A stretch of 64,000 bases of DNA from the human T2T-CHM13v2.0 reference genome, Homo sapiens: the NCBI RefSeq assembly GCF_009914755.1, contig NC_060937.1; one strand, given 5' to 3'. A model generated the notes under the pieces. It saw nothing but the letters and a program-made list of their open reading frames with translations. It was not told where the DNA came from and ran no database searches. How positions within the stretch are numbered: the stretch's first letter is position 1; each line of letters opens with the position of its first letter. Positions 15,451 to 30,962 of this stretch are shown here, piece by piece. A program made the translations under genes and the position numbers.

Positions 15451-16043
15451 CAGTTGTTGTTTCTTTGTAAACTTACTGAATGCATTTTTCTTGAATTACA
15501 ACATATTCTATGCTACATCACTTTTAATTGTTTATGCTTCTGGTTTTTCCTTCTAGGTAGCAGGATGCTGGAGTATACGGGTTAAGTTTATTTATCTTTA
15601 TAGACAGGGTGGCTAGGACAGCTCTTGCCCTATGGTTCCTCAAAGAGTACTTTCTGGACACAAAATGAAATGACCAATTAATTTGTCACATGTAATTGTG
15701 CGTCCTTTATAAAGGTGTGTTTGTGGGTGACTGGAATGACGCACATAAACAGGGGTCAATTTTCTCATAAAATATCTACAGTATATAAATGGTAGGGTTG
15801 GGCATGAGGGAGGAGCCACAGTAGAAGTTAACAGAACAAATATTTATTGGAAGGTGATTAGTCGACAGAGAGCGCATCATATTAGCAGGCTGACCAAGCT
15901 TTGATTTCAGCCTTTGCTTTCCAGTGTTAGGTACTGGCTTTGAGAGTTGCACTCCATTTGTTCATTATGAAAATGTATTATCTGACCAAAGAAAATGAAG
16001 ATTTGCAACCTTAGGCACTAACTAAAGAGAATGTCATGAATTG

Positions 16044-16046
<3 letters not shown>

Positions 16047-16089
<43 letters not shown>

Positions 16090-16094
16090 GTGTG
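16047..16094. repeat. (TG)19CG(TG)4 microsatellite
   Basis: Directly visible. Confidence 0.98.
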
Positions 16095-19000
16095 TTCAAC
16101 CTCAGTAGAAACAGAGATGGTTAGAGTCAATAAGAAAATGTTAGCTTGGAAATTAGGAACCTTCAAAAAACCAAATAATCATTTGTTCAATAATCATTGT
16201 CTTGAAGTTGTTTCAAAAAGCAGTCTTTTGTTCAAAGACATAAAGACAACAACAAAGAATTTGGAAAACTCATGATATTTATCAGTAAATGGTAAGATTT
16301 GAAAGTTACGAAAGTACTTGCTAACGTTACTCGCTGTTCTTCGATAAGCTGTAGTTTAAAATGTCTTCCCTTTTATATCCTTTCAGTACTTTTAAATGAC
16401 TCTGTTTTTTTGTATTTGATCTTAAGGAACTTTGCATTCTAATAAAAGAAAAAAGCTGACTTGAATTGCTATGTTTTTCTATCAAAAGAAAACAACAAAT
16501 CCTGGTCTCAACATGTCTCACAGTTTTCCCTGGAGTAAGCATAAAAACAAAACATATTAGGAGCATGTAGTGAGCAATTTAATTCCATAGAGATGTTTCC
16601 TGTCCTGTAAGTAAAACCAACAAGCAAGGAGGTAAGAATTTGTTGTCTAATTAATGATGTGTGTCCTAGAAAACTGGCTGGGTCTTTATCTCAGCCTCTG
16701 AGCTGAAAACTATCTTAACGATGAAGTAGTTTGAGATTAAAATAGCTCAATTATGTTGATCATAAACAGGTGTCCTTATTGACATTTTAACTCATGACAG
16801 TTCATCTAGAAAGTAATAGATGAGAAAAAAATATCTAAACTGAATAGCACTCTTCCACATCTCAGATCTCTAACTGGTCTTTTGGTGGGTGGGGTTGGGG
16901 GGCATGTGGTCAACATTGAATATGCACATAGGTTAATGAAGAATCTTGCTATGAATAGGCTAATACAATTTTAAAATTGTGTACATCTTGCGAGTTGCCA
17001 TTTTAAGGGCTGTGTGGAATCATGGGTTGCATTTGCCTGTGTCTAAGGGAAGGCTGTTTAGATATGTGCTTATTTAAGTCACTGAAATGTAGGATTAAGG
17101 AAGTGAAATGTGTATTTGTGAGTGTTTGTGTGTATACACTAAACTTATGACTGTGCAGGCTGGCGTAAGCAGTGAGAAAGTCAGCTTCATCAACGACCTT
17201 GGCATGACATTTGCAAAATTCTGAGCTAACTGCAGTTTTAAAGTGTTGTTTCCTAAAACTATACAGTATTCTGCTACTCGGCAGATGTATAAATAATTAG
17301 AGCATTAATCATTTCTCAATGAGTTAATCTAAGGTAAAGATTGCCTCATACATATACGGTAAACACAAAATAACTATTTGCTGCATACGAATGACTTCCA
17401 GCGAATTTTTTATGCAACATGAGTGTACACAATTGTTCAACATCTACTCAAGTCTCAGCATAATTTGGCTTTTTCTTTACCTGAAGTCCATTTGGGAATG
17501 GGAGGTTGGAGACTTTTTTTCTCCCTGTCTGATCTTTCTTATTTCAAATTCATGCTGTTCTCTCTGATACTCATTTTGTCTTTCAAACCTGAAGTTTCAT
17601 AGGATATATGAGCCCAAAGGATAGAGAAGTCACATCAGTGCCTTCGTGTGACATTGATGTGATATCTCAGAAGCCTGTCTTCACTCTTTTCCAGTCTCAG
17701 CTGCTGTTCTCTTGGTAAGCAGAGGGGAGCCTGCAAGCAGTGTAGGCAAGTGCCCTGCTGAGGTGATTTGCCACAGCAGAAGATCTCTTTGCATAGTTTA
17801 GTGCTGGAAATAAAGGATTTAAGGCAGCAAAACATGGCGTTAGGTCAATTTAAATAATGCGTGGCAATGACAGAAACAGTGAGCAGCCGATCATTTGGGG
17901 GAAATTGATAAATATATAGTATGCACGTATTAGTCTGCAATAGTCATTACTGTTTCTCACTGTCTGGATTGAAGATCGTTGATTCTGCTCTACCCGGCAG
18001 ACCCTTCCCACTTCCTTCCCAAAGTCTACTATTCTTAGGATAATTGGAAGACTACCCAAAGCAAAAAGATCAATGGAAGGACAGTGATACAAATGAACAT
18101 TAGGAACTAAGGACTTTATAAAAATGCTCAAAATGAACAACTCAAGGGGAAAAGGACACCGAAAAATAGTCTTCAGAATTGTCCACAGTAATGATTTCAT
18201 GGAAATTACAAGGAGGGTTGCATGATAACATGTATAGAAGATTGTATATGGATTTTATCAGACTTAGTGCAGACAAATGAATTGCCTTTTAAGTAAACTT
18301 TACATAGAAGGAATGTCGATTTTTAAGGAATGTTCCCTACCTACTTCTCCACAGACACGTCTCCATAGAGACATAAAAAAAATGGCCCTTTATTTTAATG
18401 AGTTAGCATTTTAGAATTTGCAGACAGAAAGAGTGTCTCGAATAAAAATTGAGTATCTGAAAATCATTATGGGTTGTGTGTCAGCTGAAAATTTATTTCA
18501 CTTTCCTGTGGGACTACCCTCCCCTTTGTCACTTAAATGGTTTTAGAACAGGGTAACCTCAAGTTACCTAAAGTAATTTATATTTCAAAGACTATTTCAT
18601 GTCCTTACAAATGATACGGAAATATAAAATATAAAAACAAATGAGAATTGACATCTATTCTTCAAATTTAACTGCAAAATATGATAGTCATAAGTTACAT
18701 GTGTAATAATGTGATAATATTCATATAAAATAATAGTAATAACAGTGGATATTATAATAAACATGAAGTGTGTCAAACCAAAAGGGACTTATCCATTTGC
18801 TGTTTGCACGAATCTAAAAATCTTGTCCTCAATTATTCAAAAACAGCAACCGATCATAATGCTTCTTCTAACTATAATGCAATAAAAGTTTCCATCTATA
18901 AAATAGGTATCTACTTCAAAAATTGAAATTAAATGTATCAACAATTCCTATGTTCTGTGTGTCCAGACACTTTTGATTGGCATATTTTGTTGAAGGAGAC

Positions 19001-19126
19001 AGATGGCAAGACAGTCTGAGGAAGTGCAGCTCAGCTTTACGGAGAACATTTTCACCTTGTTCTAGGGAGTTTTGGATACAGAGTTCACACCTTAGCAGGG
19101 AAACTTTCACAACCATAATCAAAAGT

Positions 19127-19207
19127 CATAGAAAATATTACTTTAAAAAGTGTGCAGCTGTGCTCTAACAGAACTTTATTTACAGAAATAGGTGATCGTC
19201 CAGATTT
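19127..19207 (+). repeat. 81-bp direct copy of 19763-19843 (77/81 identical)
   Basis: catagaaaatattactttaaaaagtgtgcagctgtgctctaa...tttatttacagaaataggtgat...cagattt appears twice, 636 bp apart. Confidence 0.95.
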
Positions 19208-19651
19208 CAGGCCATCCTGAACCTTCATATGATTATGCACTTAATAATGAATCTGCCTGGAGGAGGGACTGTTAAACTGTTTTAGAAAACGTGAGATAAT
19301 GCTCAGACATTCTCTTTAAAAGGAATATCAAAACTGGGTGCCCGCAAGCAGGTGTCTGAGTGAGGGACAGCTACCTCGAAGCTGGCTCTCAAAGAGCACA
19401 AACTTGAAAGCTATCTCAAATCGCTATTTTGGCATCTGCTGTTATTGATGCTAAATGAATAATTCTTTTCTTCACGTGATTGAAACCTGAACAGAACACA
19501 AGTTCTGAAAACACAAGGTCTTTGTCTACAAGGAAAGCTATGAGGAACCATATAGAGTCTTAGGGTCTATAAGGAGAGCTATGCTGCGTTTGGAAAATAT
19601 GATCTAAAACAATTAATTATATATTTACTGCATATTCAGTATATGCTCAAT

Positions 19652-19873
19652 GCAGATGTTGACAATTTTATTTTTTTTTCTAAAGAGACAGTATAGATTT
19701 TGGGCTTTGGAGTATCAAGTCTCTTGCAACTCCTCACTCTGCTGTTGTAATGTGAAAGCAGCCATAGAAAATATTACTTTAAAAAGTGTGCAGCTGTGCT
19801 CTAATAAAACTTTATTTACAGAAATAGGTGATTGTTCAGATTTGGCCCAGGGATCATTTCTTGCAGACCCATG
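19652..19873. mobile_element. MER58A-like hAT-Charlie MITE
   Basis: ctctgctgttgtaatgtgaaagcagccataga...taataaaactttatttacagaaatagg...gatttggccca...gcagaccc. Confidence 0.8.
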
Positions 19874-20091
19874 TGCTGAGATTTGAGGGTTTTCAGAAGC
19901 TAGTTCTGACTGATCTATTTAGAAGTGGTAATAGAAAGAAGTGGGAGCATCTGAGAAAACAGGTTGGTTAAGAATTAGTTTGAAACACAAGCTCCAGCAA
20001 GAACTGAGGATGACTTTGGCAGAGTTCAGTGTTGATGGTGAAATGGAAATGGAGAATATCTGATGGACGTAAGAGCTATTTAATTTGTAGA

Positions 20092-21926
<1,835 letters not shown>

Positions 21927-21937
21927 TAAATGGTAGA

Positions 21938-22580
21938 CTATATAGAACTTAGTAACAGATTGACTATATGATCCTGTAGATGTGTCCTGGATGGCACCTA
22001 GGCTTCTGGCATGAGGAATTGGACAGATGTTGCTGCATTTATTGAGCCAGCAAACACTGGAGGAAGCCAGGTTTTGGGCGGAAGGACACGAATTCAATCT
22101 CAGACATATTGCATTTCAGATGCATGTGAGACATGGTTATGGAACTTCTGAGTAGGCAGTTGAATTAATATACAAGTTTGGAGCTCGGAAGAGGAATTTA
22201 AGCTGGAAATATATAGAAGCTATTTGCATTTAGTTGAAAATTTTAGGCATAGGAATAGGTGTGTGAGGCTGGAAAGGGCATAAGATCAAGTTCGAAGGAA
22301 CCACAATATTTAAAGATTACTTAGAAAAAAAAAAAGCCAGAGAATAAGAAGGAGCATGGGAAGGATGTGTTACCATGGAGATCACTGAGGTGGTCCAGAT
22401 GGGGAATCTATGTCTACGGTTACTTCAAAGTTAGATGCGATGAGCATTTAACAACTTGCAGTACTTAGAGACCTTAGTGAGAACGGTTTCAATACAGTTC
22501 TTTTAGTTTGGGCTGGATGTGTAAGGAGAGTGGACACCACATTAAAGTGGGTCCCAGAGTAGATAGAAAGTGATGGAATG
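21938..22580 (-). mobile_element. L2 fragment, split by the HMGB3 retrocopy (left part ~19900-20091)
   Basis: Purine-rich L2 antisense text: ggcttctggcatgagg...aacactggaggaagccaggttttggg...gagtaggcagttg...ggagctcggaagagg. Confidence 0.7.
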
Positions 22581-22602
22581 AAATGGAGAAACAAAAAAAC
22601 TA

Positions 22603-23474
22603 CAGCAATGGTAATGAAGAGGGATCACAATGCATCCCAAAGGAATTCTGGAAATTTGTTGGTGTGTAAAGGTAAGTACTGCTGGTATTTAGCATACAAA
22701 ACTCACAGACACTCCTACACACAAGAAGATAGTCCCCCACACAAGAAGGGAGTTATCCTGCATGCTGCACAGATTTTCCATGCCTCATGGGACACTCAGG
22801 TAGATGAAAAACCTACTTATAAGCATCTGCACTTAAATCACAACTCCATTAGACATACACAAGCACACATACACACATATGCTGATGTGGGAAGGCACAT
22901 TTAAATTATCTAGATTTAAGTTGTAACTGTATTTTATACATACAAAATACATATATATATATATACACACACACATACATATATACATACACTAATGTAT
23001 ATTCCATATACTAGCTCTTACAAAAATGCAACTACCATGTAAACCAAAGAAAGATTATCTTTTGTTTTACTTGACAGTTACCAAGAATTGTTTCGCATTT
23101 AAGAAAATTATATCTTTGATGGTTCCCTCATTAATGGTGCCTGGATACCCAATGCAACACACCTACATCAAACTGCATTTGTAACCGTTGGATTCATAAT
23201 GATTCTACCTAAGATGCAAGCATACGGCATCATTGTGCCTTGTTGTATGGATATGCTTGAGAAGTCACATGCTGAAATACATATATTTTAAATTTGACAG
23301 TATCTCCTACAATATTTTCTTTATATTATAGTAAGGTATTACATTACAGTTTAAAACTTATGACTATAAGCAGGTGATATTATCTATGAATTTCATGTGA
23401 AATTAGCAAAGGGACAGTCTCAAATGTTTGCTGTATAAAGTGTATTTGAAGCCTGATAGGGTTGAGAAACACTC
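22603..23474. mobile_element. hAT-Charlie DNA transposon fossil (Charlie4a-like) with internal (TA)/(CA) expansion
   Basis: gtagatgaaaaacctacttataa; aatgcaactaccatgtaaa; caatgcaacacacctacatcaaactgcatttgta; terminal ctgatagggttgagaaacact. All resemble the recalled consensus. Confidence 0.6.
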
Positions 23475-24416
23475 AGCTACAGTAAGTAAAAACAGCTCTC
23501 TTAGTGGTTGCCTTGTTGAGAAGATCTTGAAAACAAGGTTGAAAATACAAAAGAAACTGTGTGGAGGTCTACAAAGATATTTATCATAGGTAAATCGTTA
23601 TGTCTAAAATGTTATAGAAATTTCTATTAATGGTGGTTTGTATTTTTAAAATATAAGAAATATAAAAGCTATAGACAGCTGTAATTTGGTTCCAAAGGCT
23701 TTGAAATTCACTTTTATTGCTGTGTTTCTGAGCTTCTCCCAGGTAAGAAATATAAACATTTTATCCAATGTCAGACACACAAATTCAGACAGTTAATTCT
23801 GGGGGCCAATGAAAGGCCATTAAGGGCACCAAACATGTAGTGGCGTTTTCCTACAGAGAAGTTAAAGATTTGTATGCAAGCAATAGCTTCCAGTCTCTGC
23901 TAATCTGAAATATGGCTATATAATATTCTTTTTAAGAACAATTTTGAGTGACTAACATTATCAAAATTGCACAGACAACCAGTGTACAATAAATATAACA
24001 TTCTGACCACCCCCCTTCCCACAAGCAGGTTAACTTCAATGTTATTCTATGAAGCTGTTACTATGTATGATGCCAACTTCAATACAACCCAAGTCAAAAA
24101 ACACTTCAATAAAAATATATCAAAAAACAAAAGCCCAAATGGAGTTCTAAAAAATTTTCCTGAAACAAGGCAAATTCATCAGTTTTTATTAGTGCATATT
24201 ATATGACATATGTATATTCAATTTAGGTATATAAATGTATAGATATGTATAAAAATGTATATACATATACATATATTTATCAGTTTCATTATTGTATATG
24301 GAACATACATATACGTAATATATGTATATGAAAATATATAATGTATATACATATAAAATTCATGTGTCACATTGGTATGTAAATATTTAATATGTAAAAG
24401 CATTAATGAAAAATAT

Positions 24417-24720
24417 GGCCGGGAGCAGTGGCTCACTCCTGTAATCCCAGCACTTTGGGAACCCTAGGTGGGTGGATCACAAGGTCAGGAGTTCAAGACC
24501 AGCCTGGCCAACGTGATGAAACCCAGTCTCTACTAAAAATACAAAATTAACAAGGCATGGTGATGTGTGCCTGTAATCCCAGCTACTCAGGAGGCTGAAG
24601 CAGGAGAATTGCTTGAATCTGGAAGGTGGAGGTTACAGTGAGCCAAGATTGTGTCACTCCACACCAGCCTGGGTGACAGAGCAAGACTCCGTCTAAGAAG
24701 AAAAAAAAAAAAAAAAGGAA
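24417..24720 (+). mobile_element. AluS (Sg-like), next to a TA-rich low-complexity tract (24205-24400)
   Basis: ggatcacaaggtcaggagttcaagaccagcctggcc; TSD gaaaaatat 24408-24416 / 24721-24729. Confidence 0.95.
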
Positions 24721-27700
24721 GAAAAATATATGTATATGTACATTGAGAAAAATTTTTTTTTTGTTTTCATTCCAAAATATGAACAAAAAGTAATTAAAAA
24801 ATCATCTTAGCATCTGGGATTTATTAGGCATTGAAATATTTGATAAATGTAAGAGTCAATGACAAATTATATTTTATGAAAAAGGGACACAGCTTTAAAA
24901 TAATCTAGTTTAATAGAATCATTTAGGTACTGGAGCACAGTACTTTATGAAATTGTGCTATAGTATCCTGAAAATGTTATTTAATTTGCCTGTATCAAAG
25001 TATTAAAAATAAAACTAGCTGGATTTTTCTTTCTAACATTAACAGTATTATTAATAGCATCACCAAATTTAGGCCCAACTTGAAATAAAAGGGACCTAAT
25101 GATGTCATGTTTGGGGAGTAAAGACTATTGTTCCTGAAAAGAATCCTGGGGTTCCCTCACAGTGATAGAGCTTCCGAATTCAACATAACTAGATTTAATA
25201 CCTACTCAGAGTGACTTTTTTTCATTTCTCTGGAATAAAATCTCCTTATAACTTTCACTGCGGACTTCTATCCAGCATAACATAGCACACTAAATTTAAA
25301 AACAAAAGGAAGCGGAGAAGATTATAAGAAAAAGAAAAGGGGCAGGGATGGTGCAAGAAAGAAAACAAGAATACAATGAAGAAAAGTATTGACTATAACC
25401 TTATTCTTTTAGTTCACTCCAGACAGCACATCACTCTTAGTGGACTAGCCACCAATGCTGAGCATAAATTATATTCTTTTATCTATCAGTTTCTGGACAT
25501 AATCACTACTCATTCCCATTTTGATCACTGAAAAGAATTAGAGTTGCATCAGTACTTTAACTTATTTCTTGAGCAAATCCACAAACTCATCAATGCTCCT
25601 CAAGCTGCTAATTCTGCTGAGTAGAATTTTCTACTAAAGTAGAAAGGGCTCAATGGCCCCATAACATTATAATGTTTCCTGGAATTGGATGAAGACTACT
25701 CACCTTAAATATTCTCTCTGAAAGCTAAAAGGTATCAAAGCAATATGATATATGTATTCATTTACGTCCTTCTATTAAGTGGACTCTTTTTTGGATTATA
25801 TGTGCATTTTGCTGTGTTGAGCTCTTAATTAAAGCATCATTTTTCTCACCTAGCATTTTATAATTTGGAAAGAATAAAATATATATATGCTCTAGGTAGG
25901 TACAATTCCCTGACCCTTAGGCCAGGGAAAATAATTACTGAGTATATCCAATTTCTATAACAGGAAAGGTATACTTAATCTATATCACTTCGAAACAAAG
26001 GAGTGAGTGGAAAGGAGGTGGCTGGAAGTGCAGATTTAAATAGAGGATGGTTGGGAAGACTGTTACATGCTGCCACGTCAAAGAGATATTTTAATGATTT
26101 GAGCTTACAATTTTACATTTAATAACTTCTATAATAACATGTCATTGAAGTAAGAAGAATGCTGGATTCTCAGGCCCTCAAAAGGGTTTTATATAGTACA
26201 GAAATGATATTATTCTGCATAATACTGGTAGACACCAGAAATTATTTGTGTCTGAGTGGATAATGCAATGGTTGAAAGGTTGGAGCAGTTGAAGAGATGC
26301 AAATAATAGCTAATAAGCAAGAAATATACTATATATTGTTATCCCACACAGAGTTTAGCTCTGTGGTTTGTGTCCAGGAGGTACAATATATGTTTATGGA
26401 ATGAGAAAACTAATGAATATTTCCAAAAAAGTAGCAAATAGAAACTCATAGCTCAAGTGATTTGCAGTGTTAATTAAAGAAGATAAACCCATTTATTGTA
26501 ACTTACATGCATCTGTGAATCTACTAAATATCCTTCTGAGAGATAGCTTTCTCTATCTCTCATCCCTATTCCTTCTGTTATCCTTTTCATCTTTTCTTTT
26601 CTTTCTCCCATCTTCTTTCTGTGCTTCTTTACCTATACCATTCTCCATTTGCTAATCATTATTTAGAAATGAAATGTGCATTAATTAATTTCAATCTAAT
26701 ACAAATTATATTATGCTCAATTTTAAAACTGAATTAATGTTTGTCATATCTTTAAAAATTACAATAGTGAATTTGTGATTTTTAAATAAATTATAAGAAA
26801 TACTGTCTTCACCTTCAATCCAAGGAATGACAAAACAGCTTTTGCTAACAAAACTAAAATGAGCTATTAGTAATGAAAATATGACGTGGTAGCTATAACT
26901 TGGCCTCTCTTGTTGGATAGCCATGATTCTACAACACACCTGCTATTTATTGGAAATGAATACTGAGAGATAGGAGTCCCAGAAGATAAGAGATTGAGCT
27001 AACCTATTACTTCAGACATTTTTTTCAGGTAAAGACTTTAAGCATATATTGAATGAGGTTGGCAGTGTCTAGATATAAAACAGAAATATCTTTAAATTAT
27101 GTTACTTTGAAATACTTTACTATTAATATAGAAAACAATCATAAAATATAGTAATTTAGTGCATAATGTAATTTACAACTTCCTATATCATGTGGGAAAT
27201 ATAAGTCCTCGTGTGCAGCTCCTGGATACACCGCTGTTGAATTCATTTTACTCTCTTCCACTCTAATTAGTTCCCAGGATGCAGACAACATTTGAATGCA
27301 TGCTTTCAAATCTCCGGGAGTTCTTGGCTTTTGATAAATTGGGGAATTGATCCAGTACTATCTCACTTTAATATGTGTCCTATATTAAGAGTGTGACAGC
27401 AAAACTTATTTTTTCACAATTCAAGCAAAAATTTTCCCGTTTTATGTTTTACAATAAAATAATATGTAAAGATAAGTTGATAAACATGTACATACTCAGA
27501 AAAATTACTTTATGTAGAGAAAAAGAACTTAACTTGGATTCTAGAATATTATTTTTGTTTTCAGAACACATGATTAAAAATCTTTAACCTTATGCCTTTT
27601 TACCAATGGCCAATAACTATGGTGACAGTCAATAGTCTCATGTCCTATCTGTAGATGCTATCACACTGCCAGGCTCTCCCAGGTGCAGGCTATGAAGAGT

Positions 27701-28094
27701 TTATCATAAAATCTAAAAACAGCAAAACTCACAATAGTTAAATGGGACTCCATTTTGCTGCTTCAGTAAACAGTTGTATTAATTATCCTACAAATGTGCA
27801 CAGTGGACTATTACCAATTGAGAGGACACAAGCTGGCAGACTTAAACAGGTAAAGAGACATATAGAAAAGCAACAACAAGCTCATCACATTTTCCCACTC
27901 TGGATCTAGGGCAAAAGATCTAGTTAGAGTGCATAACTGATTAAAGGATTATAATATAACAGAGCATGAAATGGGGTTGTATAGGACTCCTAAATTTTGC
28001 AGTTTCTGAATGCTGTGTAGATTAACTCATGTCTAAATGGGTTATGGGGTTGATTGATAGATGTCAACCCAGCAAACAGAGCCAGCTATCCAAT

Positions 28095-28250
28095 AAATTA
28101 ATTTTATTCTCACAACCACCCTATAAGGTTTTTTTTCCATTATAATTCACATCTTATAGAGGAAGAGACCCCCCAAGGTCACACAACTAGATAATTAGCT
28201 AGTGAACTGGAAGAGTCTGGATTTGAATCAAGATTTTGACCTAACTACTT
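28095..28250 (-). mobile_element. MIR
   Basis: attctcacaaccaccctataagg...gaggaagagacc...ccaaggtcacacaactag...ggatttgaatc. Confidence 0.6.
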
Positions 28251-29199
28251 AAGATCTTGAAAACAGAATCCACAGCTTAATCATCTGTGTGTTCCTATAG
28301 TATTTACAGATTAGTAGCTTTTAGTCAGTTGTATACAATTGTACTAAGACATAATGTCAAAACTCCCACTTCATCATTACTACCCAAATGTACATATTAG
28401 AATTTCTAGGTCCAAAAGTTGACAAAACCATTAGTAGGAGGGGTGGGCCATGTTCATTAAGCCATAGTGTTTTCTAGTTCGCTGTTGAGCAAGTTTTAGC
28501 CCTGCAGTTTTCACCACCAGTACTCACTCAGCATTCTGGTTTTTATTTATTTATGTATTTATTTTTATGATCTATGCAGGCAACTGTGCATAGTATTCTG
28601 TTTTATAACGGTTTGTTTGAATTTACTTACAGTTAAAATAAAGTTTAAATTAAAAATAATAGAATAGTCATAGTTCCATCCTTCCCACCATTTACATCAT
28701 GAGGATAATACCATAATTCACATTATACTCTATTTGATGCATTAGATGAAGCCTGCTTAGTGGGCAATCTAATGCTGACGACCATATCACTGCTACATGT
28801 CATGCTGCTTAGAGATCTCCTGCTTCGCTGACATGCAGGACTGGATGACCCTGTCCTTGCCAGTCTTCCACATCACTTAAGCCCTCTCTTATCTTGCCTT
28901 TGTGCAGTCTCTGTCTTACAGCCTCATCTTTGCATTCTAAACCTGATAGGACATTTTTGACATCAATAACCAACCCTCAAGGGAGCTCTTTCTTTAGGCT
29001 GATTCACAATCCATTTCTACAGACAGGAAGGCCTTTATTTAGTTTCCAAAATATTCTGCTTTTTCAAATATTTCTGACTGTCTTGGATTTTCAAAGAAAT
29101 TTCGGATTCCTGTCCTTTCCATAAGATGCTGTAGGGAAAAAAATGGAAAAGCATGGGTCCTAACTTGGGTATGACACTTAATCTTTACTGGTTTCACTT

Positions 29200-30096
29200 A
29201 TTTAAAAAAACACACACTTAATTTTTAGAGCAGTTTTAGGTCACAGCCAAATTGAGAGAAAGGTATGAAGATTTTCCATATGCATCCTGCTCCAAAACAC
29301 ACATATCCGCCCCCCCCGGCCCCCGCATTATCGACATTCCCCATTGGAGTGGTGCGTTTGCTACAATCTATGAAACTGCACTGACAAATTATAATCAGCC
29401 AAAGTCTATCCCTTACATTAGGGTTCACTCTTGGTGCTGCACATTCCATGGGTTTGGGAAAATGTATAATGACATATATCCACTATTATACTATCACACA
29501 GAATATTTTCACTGAAGTGAAAAATCCTCTGTGCTCCACCAATTTATTTCTCCCTCCTCATAACCCCTGGCAACCATGGATCTTTTTCCTGTCTCTATCA
29601 TTGTGCTCTTTCCAGAATGTCATATAGTGAAATCATACAGTATGTAGCCTTTTCAGATTGGCTTATTTCAATTAGTAAGAGACTTCTAACATTCTTCCAT
29701 GTCTTTTTGTGGCTTGATAACTCACTTCCTTTTAGTGCTGAATAATACCCCATTGTTTGGGTGTGCCAGTTATTTATCTATGCTCATACTAAAGTGCATG
29801 TTGGTTGCTTCCATGTTTTGGGAATTATGAATAAAGCTGCTATAAACATCTGTGTGCATTTTTTATGTGTACACATATGTTTTCAATTCCTTTGCATAGA
29901 GGCCAAGGGACATGATTGCTGGATTGATTGTGTGGCAAGATTATGTCTAGTTTTGAAAGAAACTGCCAAGCTGTCTTTCAAATTGCTGTAAAATTTTACA
30001 TCCCAACCAGCAATGACTGAGGGTTCCTGTTGCTCCCCAGCGTTTGACATTAACAGTGTCCTAGATTTTGACCACTCTAATAGGTGTGTAGTGGTA
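29200..30096 (-). mobile_element. L1MC-family 3' end fragment
   Basis: tttttagagcagttttaggtcacag...acattagggttcactcttggtg...gtatgtagccttttcagattggctt...gaaactgccaa. Confidence 0.88.
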
Positions 30097-30885
30097 GCAA
30101 ACTGCTGTTTGAATGAGCCTCACTGGTTCATCTCTAACAGGAAAGGACTAGCCTAAATATTTAAGTTTATCTTGTATGTATAAAGTTGGAAGGTCTCTAA
30201 CAAGTAATTTTGTAAAGCTTAAATTACACAGTGAAAGATGAACAAGTAAATTTTATTATTTAATTCCCTAAACTGAAGGATGATGTGAAAAAGACTCCCA
30301 GAAACTGTCATATCTGATTTCAAAAGATTTATCACTAAACAGTTAAAAGACTTCTGCTAAGCACTTCAAATTATATCTAAGTTCATTCATCTATTAAAAA
30401 AGAGATGAAAAGATGTCATTCTTCCCCATTAGAGTCATTCACAGGAAGCTATGTGATAGCATTCTAAATTATTTAAAGATATTACAGGATTGGAAATTTT
30501 GTTACTCGAATCATCAGTTAATTGATAAATTTTAGACTTTAGAGAATTTTTGGTGCAGATGTTCTGAGGACCATAGACTCCCAAGTTGTGAATGAATAGG
30601 GTACAGAGGAAATGCAAACTAAGGTGGTAAATAATACATCTTCATGTTCTCTAATATCATATTAAACCTCAGCATTTCTTTCAACTATAGACATAAGCAG
30701 CAAATGACAGTGATATTGTCAAAACCTAACATTTTGTTATCCATAAACTTTATAGATCTTTTATATTTAGTTGTTGCAGAGATCTCAAAATATTTATGAT
30801 CATCACCACTTAGATTGGCCACTAGATTTTATTTAATGTGTTAATTTCAAAAAGCACATATATCACTATTTTTTTATATTTTTAA

Positions 30886-30889
<4 letters not shown>

Positions 30890-30962
<73 letters not shown>

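Noticed and set aside
17695-17714. Possible plus-strand microexon (ttttccag|...CTTG|gtaagc)
   Set aside because: 20 or 14 nt and frame-shifting, with no other support; such site pairs are frequent by chance.
27291-27310. Near-perfect 20-bp palindrome tttgaatgcatgctttcaaa and similar small inverted repeats (33888, 37590, 48921)
   Set aside because: Expected by chance in 64 kb of AT-rich DNA.
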